In this document: positions 53,960-64,000 of the stretch, in pieces
Numbering within the stretch: the first letter of the stretch is position 1
Layout: each line of letters starts with the position of its first letter
DNA from: Phoronis australis
Taxonomy: Eukaryota > Animalia > Phoronida
Assembly (NCBI GenBank): GCA_002633005.1
Contig: NMRA01000377.1
Location: forward strand, 54,507-118,506
DNA length: 64,000 nt
Direction of reading: 5' to 3'
The notes under the pieces: generated by a model
Seen by the model: only the letters and a program-made list of their open reading frames with translations
Told to the model about the DNA's origin: nothing
Database searches by the model: none
Program-made: the position numbers and the translations under genes

Positions 53960-54876
53960 CCGTCAATGTTGTTTAACCTGGCTTTTCATTGGTTAAAGAA
54001 TGAAACCGACGTCATAAAATTCATTCCCATTGTCTAGGAAACCCATTTCAGTTTATTGTTACGGCTTAAGGTGAGCTACCTTTGACTTGAACAGTTGCAA
54101 TGACTAAAACGGGCCTTGATAAAACATGGGCGGCGCACCATAGGGGGCTGGCGGGGAGCAATAGTCCCCACTCTTTCAGTGCTGCGCTGCCCATGGTCTA
54201 TAGGCGGCGCACCACAGGGGGAGTGGGGGCTTTAGCCCCACCACTTGTTTCAGTGCAACCTCCTCCATGTACAAAAGTAAAAAAATTCTAGGGAGCCCCC
54301 ATCCAATGGCTTAAGCCCAAACAAGTAAAGTGTATAAATACGTGTGCAAGTGAATGGTGGTGATGTGATCCGTATTCTTCCGACAAAGGCGTGCGCGTTG
54401 ACGCCCGCACACGCTGTTTTTCATCATGTTTCTAAACTAGGGCCTTTTTCAGTGTAGGTGGCGCTATGTCAGAGGGTAGACGGCCGTCGGCTGCAACATT
54501 ACCCTCTGACACAGCGCCACAGATATTTAAAAGTGGCCCTGTGGAAACATCATAAATCGCACACGGAAAGCCGTGTGTGTGAGCAACAATGTGCATGCTT
54601 GGTCCGATCTTTATCGATCACGTCGCCACCATTTGCTCACGTCTTCTATGCATTGTACTTGTTTGGGCTTAAGCCTCTGGATCCGGGTATCCGTGATTTT
54701 GTTTACTTCGATCACTGCCTGTTTCAATCAAGCGCAACTAAATCAAAGCTGGGCGCCATACTACTAACAGTAAACTGAAAGGGGTTTCACAGATTTCAAC
54801 CAATGAGAATGACTGAATGTTATGACGTCGGTTTCATCAACGTAACCAATGAGAAGCCAAGTTAAACAACATTCCA
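53960..54876. mobile_element. Foldback/palindromic element with a GC-rich insertion in the left arm
   Basis: 53960-54062 mirrors 54764-54876, and ~54307-54370 mirrors ~54616-54675. Confidence 0.7.
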
Positions 54877-56312
54877 CAGTGCTACCTTTCATAGAGTAAG
54901 AGTGCACTGCAAATTTCGCCGCGAATTGCGGCAATTCAGGAAGTGACACAGCGCGCTCTCATCACCAGTTTTTATGTCCTCTCTACGGTCTCTATCATGC
55001 CCCATGTCCGCAACTTGTTCAACGCGCAGAACCTATCTATAGTCTATAGTGCCACACATGCGTCGAATTTGTATACATTCGTTTTTTACGGTGTTGGTAT
55101 TCGCTATGAATTTAATGTTACCATTTTTTTCAATCGCATTGCACAAGACTCATATTATAGCAGAAGCCGAAAAGATAAATAATTCAATTCAACACTAATT
55201 ATCAATTAGCCCTGCAGACAGGTTTGAAAACATTTTTAATTCTAAAAAACAAAATACGTAAAACAAAAGGGTGTTGTAGTAATCTTTGATACCAAAAGAA
55301 AATGGGTTAGAGTTGACTAGTTGAACAAAAGGAAAATAATAATGATTCAAAAGATTTCTACCCTATTAAGACAGAGATTTTAGGCCATTTATCCCTTCAC
55401 AGTTGCTGAGGAGAATTTAGTCAGGCATTCATCCACACCTGATCTTTATATATTATAATTAACTGTACTTTTGATACTACAATTACAGTCTTCATTAAAA
55501 ATTCGGAATGCTGTGACATTTACAAATAAACGTTATCAACTAATTACATCAATTATCTATCCCAAATTTGCAGATAATTGATAGATAGAAAATGGACTAA
55601 CATCTATGGTGTAGCTTTGAAATGTACTGTGGGTAGCTCATTGCATTAGTTACAGTGTGGGAGTTTCCATGGAAATAAACCATAGTTTCTTCAGAAAGTA
55701 AGAGTTAGTGATCTTGGTACTTGTAGAGTATCTGTAAACAGGAGACATTGGAACACATTTTACGATTGTTATGCTATCCAGGTAAGTGGACTCTGGAAAA
55801 TAACAATATTCAAAACCCAGAGACGATTTTTGAATACCTGTTGCATAGTTGTCACAGTCACTATTTAAGAACAAAAAACGATACAATTGGAATGAAATTA
55901 AAAGTGGGACTTCCAGAGGAAAAGCGGGACACCAGTGTCTAAGCCAAAACTCAAGGGCGAAATGTTTGCCACAACACACAAACACGACTAAACAGCGTTA
56001 TCTGTCGAGCGGTACGCATACCAAACGTGCAATATAAACGGTGTTTTTTTAGGCGACTGAGCAATTGCAGGTACCACAAAAAACGCCCTATTTTTCCCTT
56101 TAGTCCACCAAGAAAATATGGCTATGTCATATGTAAAATAACAGTAGTACGTGATATCTGTCAAAATCAAAAAAGTGGGACAGTTTGACGGTGTGGCGGG
56201 AAAAATTCAAAATGTGACAATTATTGAGCGGGGCAATTGGCAAGTACAATGTATGCTGTCAACAACACAAAGTACTCGATTCTTTTACAAAATAAACTTC
56301 ATTTCTTAAAAA

Positions 56313-56318
56313 TTTATT
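56313..56318 (-). promoter_or_regulatory. Candidate polyadenylation signal of zinc-finger gene B
   Basis: AATAAA on the minus strand ~750 nt past the stop codon. Confidence 0.4.
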
Positions 56319-57070
56319 TCACAGCAACAGGCAAATACAACAGATAACAATAGCAATCACGTCAAAGGAAAATGGCAACAGGTAAACATTGCACTATAAT
56401 ACAAATAACTAAAACAGTAAACTTATAAAAACCCGCACACGGACACGTGCACTTAACTACGAAACTACGAGTAATTTCACACACGTTATGTGTAAGAATG
56501 GCCAAAGCTTTTTGTTGTAACATGCTGTAACATAATTTTAACACCCAAAAATGTCCTGACATGTATTTCCATAGGCTGTCGAGCAAAAAACATACGAGAC
56601 GCCTGACTACTCCCAGCATCCAGCCAGGACCACAGGTATGTGTGCATAATGAATGGCTAGTGCAATTGTTGGGTTAGTGGACTAATTTGTGAAAAAATCA
56701 TTGAATGCCTGGAACCATACCACAAGAGATATGCAGGCTTGATGAACAAAAATGAAAAATGATGCAATGAAATTCGCCTATAACTCCAACGCTCTATCAA
56801 AACCTAGTCAAACAGATGGATAGAAATTCTTGGGGTTACAGTGCAGGGAACAAGCAAAGACCTGAGCTTATAAGACTTTTCACACTGAGTACACATACAG
56901 TATGTTTCTATTTTCTTTCACCAGAGTAGCTTTGTGTGCCAAGCAGAAATTAAGTGATTGTTATAAAAGACTTTTCAAATTCGGTTCATCAGCATGGTGC
57001 CTCATGAGTGTTCATGCAACCGCGTGCGATGAACAAGAGAACTCTTTGTTGCAAAAAAACATTCCACATA

Positions 57071-59268
57071 TCATACGTTTGTTTTCTCACCAGTATGTGT
57101 TCTTCTGTGACGACCAAGGCCACTTTTTGATCCAAAACACTTTCCGCAGACAGTACACTTGTATGCTTCCTGTCCAGTGTGTGTTCTTGTGTGACGAACA
57201 AACCCCCCGTTTGTTAAATAACTCTTTCCGCAAACAGTACACTTGTATGATGTCTGTCCAGTGTGTTTACTTGTGTGATGAACAAGGCCACTGTTTGATA
57301 CAAAACACTTTCCGCAGACAGTACACTTGTATGATATCTTTCGAGTGTGTAGTCTTTCATGGCGAACAAGCACCCTGAATGATACAAAACAATTCCCACA
57401 CACAGAACATGTGTATAGCATCTCACCAGCATGCCGTTTTGTGTGATAAAGAAGTGAACGCTTTTCCTTAAAAGACTTGCCACACTCAGCACATTTGTAT
57501 GGTTTCTCACTGGTATGTGTTCTTGTGTGACGAACAAGACAAGAATTTTTTGGAAAACACTTTCCACATACCGTACATTGGTATGTTTTCTTACCAGCAT
57601 GTGTTCTTGTGTGATGAACAAGGCTAGAATTCTTTTTAAAAAACTTTCCACATGCGGTACATTTGTATGTTCTCTCACAAGTATGGGCTCTTGTGTGTTG
57701 AACAAGGCTACTATTGTTTACAAAACACTTTCCACACNGTATGATATCTTTCGAGTGTGTAGTCTTTCATGGCGAACAAGCACCCTGAATGATACAAAAC
57801 AATTCCCACACACAGAACATGTGTATAGCATCTCACCAGCATGCCGTTTTGTGTGATAAAGAAGTGAACGCTTTTCCTTAAAAGACTTCCCACACTCAGC
57901 ACATTTGTATGGTTTCTCACTGGTATGTGTTCTTGTGTGACGAACCAGACAATAATTTTTTGGAAAACACTTTCCACATACCGTACATTGGTATGTTTTC
58001 TTACCAGCATGTGTTCTTGTGTGATGAACAAGGCTAGAATTCTTTTTAAAAAACTTTCCACATGCGGTACATTTGTATGTTCTCTCACAAGTATGGGCTC
58101 TTGTGTGTTGAACAAGGCTACTATTGTTTACAAAACACTTTCCACACAAGGCACATTTGTAGGGAGTCTCTCCAGTGTGTGTTCTTAGGTGACAATAAAA
58201 ACTATGGCCTGTTACATAACACTTTCCGCACACAATACATTTGAATGGTTTTTCACGAGTGTGCTGTTTTGCATGATGAATAAGCGAATTTCTGCGCTTA
58301 AAAGACTTTCCACACTCAGAACATTTGTGCGGTGTTTCCTCCGAGTGTATTCTTAACATGTGAATGTCACGACAACTGCTTGTGCCAAAGAAGTTTCCAC
58401 ATAAAGCACATTTATATTTTTTCTCGCCAGAGTTGCTTTGTGCGTGATGTAGAAATTCAACGGTTGTTATAAAAGACGTTCCGCAATCAGTACATTTGTG
58501 TGGTGTTTCCTCAGAGTGTAGTCTTAGCATGTGACTATCACGACAACTGCTTGTGCCAAAGAACTTTCCACACAAAACACATTTGTATTTTCTCTTTCCA
58601 GAGTTGCTTTGTGCGTGACGAAGAAATTCACTGGTTGTTATAAAAGACTTTCCACACTCAATACATGTGAGTGGTGTCTCTTCAGTGCCTTGTTTTAACA
58701 GACTAACAAGAGAACTGTTTGTTGGGAAAAGTAGTTCACGCAGACTAAGGATGGGTGTTGACTCAGCTGTATGTCTTCCGGTGCCACTAAAAATAGATCC
58801 AGTTTCAACTACAGACTTTTGACTTATAGTATAGTCAAACTGCTTCTCAACAGGCAACAAATTGTGATTATCACGAGTCACGCCTTGTTTGGAAGATTCT
58901 TCACTCAAATAGTTGTATGGCTTCTTTCCCTCAGTAACTGATTCACTCGTCACCATAGATTCGTCAACACTGTAATCATTACATTCTAGTATAAACTCAG
59001 TCGGTGTAAACAAAGTGTTACCCACAGGACACCCTTCTCCTTCACAGTCAGTCTGGTCTTCATTCAACTCTTGCTTGATAGAACTAACTTCACCACTCCA
59101 CCTACTTGAACTGCCAATAACATTACCCCTGTCACATTCTAAACCAGAATCCACATTTAGGATGTCTGCATGATGCTCCTCACACTCAGTTACATTTAAA
59201 TCTCTGTCTTTCTGGTCAGTAGCACATTCTTGTTTGATTGTTGGCCCATCACAGGTTTCTGTATCCAT
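57071..59268 (-). CDS. C2H2 zinc-finger protein B, 595 aa and 14 fingers (2 lacking the last His) after removing an assembly duplication
   Basis: Acceptor TTTTTAG|59276 and ATG at 59268. 57329-57737 duplicates 57739-58147 across N57738; joining 59268-57739 to 57328-57071 gives a 1788-nt uninterrupted ORF. Confidence 0.88.
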
Positions 59269-62200
59269 GACAATAACTAAAAATGGAAAAGTACACAGTT
59301 TTCACCCTGAATGTGAAAGCCACATTGTAGTAATAGCTTGTTTCACATGAAACAAACCAGGTGCTAAGGTTTTCTTGGCACATAATGCATTCTTGAGAAA
59401 TATCACAGAACATATTTTAGAACCCAAAAATCCACAACTGACCATTCACAAACCCAAGAAATTAAAGCCAGCTACTACAGTCCATGGCTTCAATGCAAAG
59501 TAGTTTCCAAAATGGCTGATCACCTAATTACAGTGCATCACTAACTCGCAATACAAGATCAGCTTCAAAAAAGTGGAAAAATCCTGTTGTGATGATGGAA
59601 TCAGGCTTAAGGGTATGCTAAGGACACATAAGCATAATCCAACAAGGTGTCACCCATGCGCGAACCCAGGGGGGCTCTTTTGACAAAATGAGCAAAAAGT
59701 TCCGCCTCAGAGAAACAAAAAGTCCGGGAAAACGAGACAAAAGTCCACTGAAAAGACACAACACGGCTCTTAACGTGGTACCCCATTTTTTAGTTCTTCC
59801 GCATTTTGGGTAGTGAAAGGTCCCCATCGTCAAATCTTCGAGCCCCACCCATATTAAAGGCTGGGTGCACACATGTTACCCTCCAGGTGTTATTTCTTGA
59901 AAACCCTTCTTCTGGCTATTAGCTGTCACATTTTTAAACACACATAATTTTTAACAAAATTGAAAAAAATCAGCCACCAAGAAATTTTATTTCAGAGATT
60001 TGAATTTAAATGATGTTTATTTACTTGAGGATTAACACATCATGCAATTTGTTATCAGCAAAATTTTCTGAAATTAAAAGTCCAATAAGTCAAAAACGGT
60101 GAGAATGTGAAAGACATTGTTATAGGGCATTAGAAAGGGTATACCTCAGAGAATCCACAAACAAAAATTCAGGCCGTTTGCTCTTCCCGTTCAAAATGGT
60201 ACCCCACCACGACTGAAAATGGATTAAAATGCGTCATATCCACCATCTTGAAAGCAACTTCCAGTTAGTACATTTGGATAACAGCTACTCATAGAATACT
60301 AACACATGCAGTCAAAGCACAAAAATCTTTCCAAAAAGCCCATGCGTACAAACTACTTTGTCCGACGCGAGTTGGTTCAAGGTCATTAGTAAGGTACGGA
60401 ATTATCGAATGAGTTACGGATAGACAGCAATTGCAGGATCATCATAGAAAGTTACGAAATGGTCTCGCTAAGTGTGGAGTTATCAATGTCGTGACTTTCC
60501 ATGACAAATCGGCAATTTACGTAGGAAAAGTAGTTAGTATGCATTGGGTTTTTGGGAAGATTTTTGTTCTTTGACCACAAATTTGTTGCGAACTCGCTGG
60601 TATTAGAAGAAAGAACAAGTGCTAATGGCATGTTGAATCCGTTATTGAGTTTTGTGTTTGATATGGACAGCTGAAATGAAGCACATCTGAAGTTTCTAGT
60701 CCGGAATGTCATTCTTTGAAGTATATAAATCTGTGTGTGTGTGTTTTTGTGTGGTTTTCAAGATATTTAAGTTTTAGAGCGTCAAAAATGGCCTTTTATT
60801 CAGGAATCCGCACACAGAAATTTCAGGCCACAAAAAATGTTAAGTTTAGACAACTATATTTGGGAATCCAAAGCTTGCTGTCTTGCTAAAACAAGAAGGA
60901 GAGTCCTTCACAAGCATGTAAGTTAAGGGCATGGCATCAACACCAAACCACAAGCTATTATGTTTTGCACAAACAAAAACAACAATTGAAAAATTCATCA
61001 TCGACTTGTGACACGACATTTTAGCCCGTGAAGCTAAGTTGAACAAGAGATTTTTTGAAAACAAGAGCAACTTATTACCTTGAAAATGACAGAATTACTG
61101 CGGTTCAGTGAAAATGTCTCTCTTTCAGAGTATTTTTATTTTTATTTAAAAATCTGTGAGGTTATGTGAATTATTCTTTTTTCCCAAGTAAGGTCAATGT
61201 TTTCAGAATCATATGTTGCACACTATATGATAAAAAATGATAATGTGCATTTTTAATTGAACAATACTAAATCTGACCCTGAAAATTCAACGAATTTTAA
61301 ATCAATTTCATTCCTATCAAATAATATAGAAACTGACAGGTGTTGTGTTGGTGACTGTCCAAAAAGAGCATATTCGTATTCTACAATGTTTTCATGCACT
61401 GCAGCATTGATTGAACATCTATTTTAATGAAAATGTAATTTTCTAAAAATGAAACTGATCACATCGCCACCAAGAGGTAGAAAAAGTGCAACAGAAAATA
61501 TTTTTGAATAAAATAGAAAAAAATTACTCTATCCCAAAAACTGAAGTTAAATTGAATTTTAAAAATATTTTATACTATTTTAAAGAAAACATTTCACCAG
61601 CTTGGGCCACTTTTCATAATTGAGAGAAGTTTTGACTAGTCCTGTTAAATACATTTGACCAATCAGGTTCGAGTTTAGTTTGAACCCTAGAAAGGTCAAT
61701 ATGGTTCTTGAAAAATGACGGAAGTTACCTTTTTAGAAGTGTTCCTAAATGGAAATGGTGAGATAAAGTGAAAAACATTGATGAGGAATGGATTAGGACA
61801 TGATTTGTGATTATGACATTGAGTGTACATTTTCAGGATATTTCCACATGACTGAGTGACAAGGTAGTAAATTAAGAAAGTATATTTTCCCATATTTTTG
61901 TCAAAAAAAAATAAAAAGTGTACACTCAGGAATGAAAGCAGATTTTTTAGCAAACAGTTTGATATCAATATCATTAAAATCGGTTCAGTAATGGCCATAT
62001 AGCAGCTGAAAGTTTGACCTCTACTGTAAGTCACAAAAATTTACTGATGAGTGAAAAACGTGTGAAGTGCTCGCTTTACTTTAATTTTTAAAAATACTCA
62101 TTAATGCTCATTTTTTGCAATGGATATCAGTAAAAAGAAGAAAAATTAGACATTTCACTGGTATACTTTTCATTTTCCACCCCTTAGTATGCTAATAGAT

Positions 62201-62287
62201 ATGAGCTTGTGAAAATCATGAAATGGCAAAATTTCGCTCTTACTGAATTTCTGCGATATTGGTTTGCTCACTAGTTGCAGAGCACAG

Positions 62288-62948
62288 GCATCCTCAGCTT
62301 CTGATCGCGTCCCCAATACACTACATATGATACTACAAGGTATGATGCTCAGGACTAGAAATTCCATGGGTGCTTTGCTGTCAGCCATCCATATCAAACA
62401 CAAAACTCGATAAATTTACACAAAACAGGAGTTCAACAAACCATGAGCAATTGTTCTTTCTTATTCACAGTGTCTTGCTCCAGCGCGTTCGCAAGAAATT
62501 CACAGTCAAAGCACAAAAATGTTCCCAAAAAGCCCAAACACACCTCGCACTTTGATGGTTCGAAGTCAAGGACGGAAGGGAAATTATCGATGAGTTACAG
62601 ATGGACGGCGTTATCGACATCGCTACTTTGCGCAACAAAATGGCAATTTCCGTACCGTCCTTGACCTCGAACCATCAAAGTGTGAGGTGTGTTTGGGCTT
62701 TTTGGGAACATTTTTGTGCTTTGACTGCGAGTTTCTTGCGAACTCGCTGGAGCAGGACACCGTGAATGGTATTATAAGAAAGAACAATTGCTCATGGTTT
62801 GTTGAACCCGTTTTGTGTAAATTTATTGAGTTATGTGCTTGATATGGACGGCTGAATTGAAGCACCCATGGAATTTCTAGTCCCGAGTGTCATACCTTGA
62901 AGTATTATATCACGTAGTGTATTGGGTACGATCAGAAGCTGAGGACGC
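62288..62948. mobile_element. ~660-bp palindromic (foldback) MITE; diverged relative at ~60290-60722
   Basis: Arms ~62288-62585 and ~62645-62948 are reverse complements (TCCTCAGCTTCTGATCG ... CGATCAGAAGCTGAGGA). Confidence 0.85.
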
Positions 62949-63654
62949 TTTTGTCGTAGAGCAACATACTTGGCAAAATTTATTTCGCCCCAAGTAAAAA
63001 ATAAACAAACTTTAGTGTCCGAGCAACATACTTGGAGAAATTCTTTCGAATTTTGGCGAGCACTAAACGCCCTTTTTGCCAGGTTCTCCGCATTTTGCAA
63101 CAAAGTAAAGTCTGTCGTCGTTTTCCAGGTCTGATTCGCACGGGTCCAGTCACTAGGGAGTAGGGGCTAGTGACTAGGCGTCTACTCTTAGTCTTACCTG
63201 TTCATTCACGAGCTTGTGTGAGTGAGTGTTCGTCCGTGCTATATCGGTAAATAAGCCGTGTTTATAGTTGTTTCATTTCCGAGCCGGGATTCCTAGGTGA
63301 GAACTGGTTCTTTCAATCAAAGTTCCCGATCTCTGTCTTCGTTACGCGGTGGTGTATGTGCTGTGTATGTTTTTCTGTAGCCTTTGAAGCAAATGCGCAA
63401 AGGCAATAACTGCAGGATTTAAAATGTGTTCCCGGATAATGGTAGACAATATTAAAAATGACATGCACGGAAAACGCTTTGAGTTGATGCAAAGTAGCCA
63501 CTCCGCTAGCTGCATAAAGATTAGCCTATTGTCCAAATTTTCGAACCAGGTCCATCCTGCTTCAATGTCAAACTTCCTAATCAGGTGAGTTATCTGCAGA
63601 TTCACCGACACCATTGTCAAATACAGTGAGGTACCCAATGAGCTATATACATAT

Positions 63655-63842
63655 TACCGTAATCGTTCGGGTTAACGCCCATGCTCAGTTAACCGCCCAC
63701 CCCCTACTTTAGGTGAATTTCGATTTAACCGCCCACTGCTCGGTTAACCGCCCCCCTGCTATTTTTGAAGATTTCCAATTAACCGCCCACTGCTCGGTTA
63801 ACCGCCCATCCCCTACTTTTGCCGATTGGTGATTACCGCCCT
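63655..63842 (+). mobile_element. Left end of a TA|CCGTA-type DNA element with subterminal TTAACCGCCC repeats
   Basis: TACCGTAATCG start and ~6 copies of TTAACCGCCC. The other end is not seen in this window. Confidence 0.55.
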
Positions 63843-64000
63843 GTGCTAATAGGAAACGCGAATCCCCGACCTTTTAGATTAAGATCGATGATAACATTGA
63901 GTGCAACGACGGCCTCAGAGACCGCGGTTTAGCAATGTGAATTATGATACCAGTAACAAATTATTGTAACGGGTCATCGATTAACTTCAAAATGTAATAC

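Noticed and set aside
57214-58244. Gene B as a frameshifted pseudogene or as two genes; alternate-frame ORFs such as MFNTQEPILV...
   Set aside because: The break coincides with N57738 and a 409-bp duplication, and removing it restores one ORF. The other frames are shadows of the finger repeats.

Overview
AT-rich, intron-containing animal DNA, probably a bilaterian invertebrate (inference; the species cannot be determined here). There are four protein-coding genes. (1) An NCOA6-like nuclear receptor coactivator on + has five coding exons from 8768 to 22031 and about 2200 aa. (2) A convergent ZIP1-3/SLC39A zinc transporter on - has an intronless CDS at 28391-29482. (3, 4) Two tandem paralogous C2H2 zinc-finger genes on - lie at 47022-48002 and 57071-59268. 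The rest is introns/intergenic DNA full of MITE-like and foldback elements, tRNA-derived SINE-like heads and minisatellites. Each of four single-N joins (17086, 41118, 44384, 57738) is associated with a near-identical duplication, most likely an assembly/haplotype overlap. The most interesting observations are: a Cys/His-rich uORF overlapping the zinc transporter start codon; an eh1 corepressor motif in the coactivator; a 1.45-kb palindrome that appears to duplicate a promoter and first exon; a conserved SUMO-motif N-terminus with turning-over finger arrays in the ZNF pair; and a cluster of co-oriented CTCF-like motifs. None of these is demonstrated, and no prokaryotic system is present.
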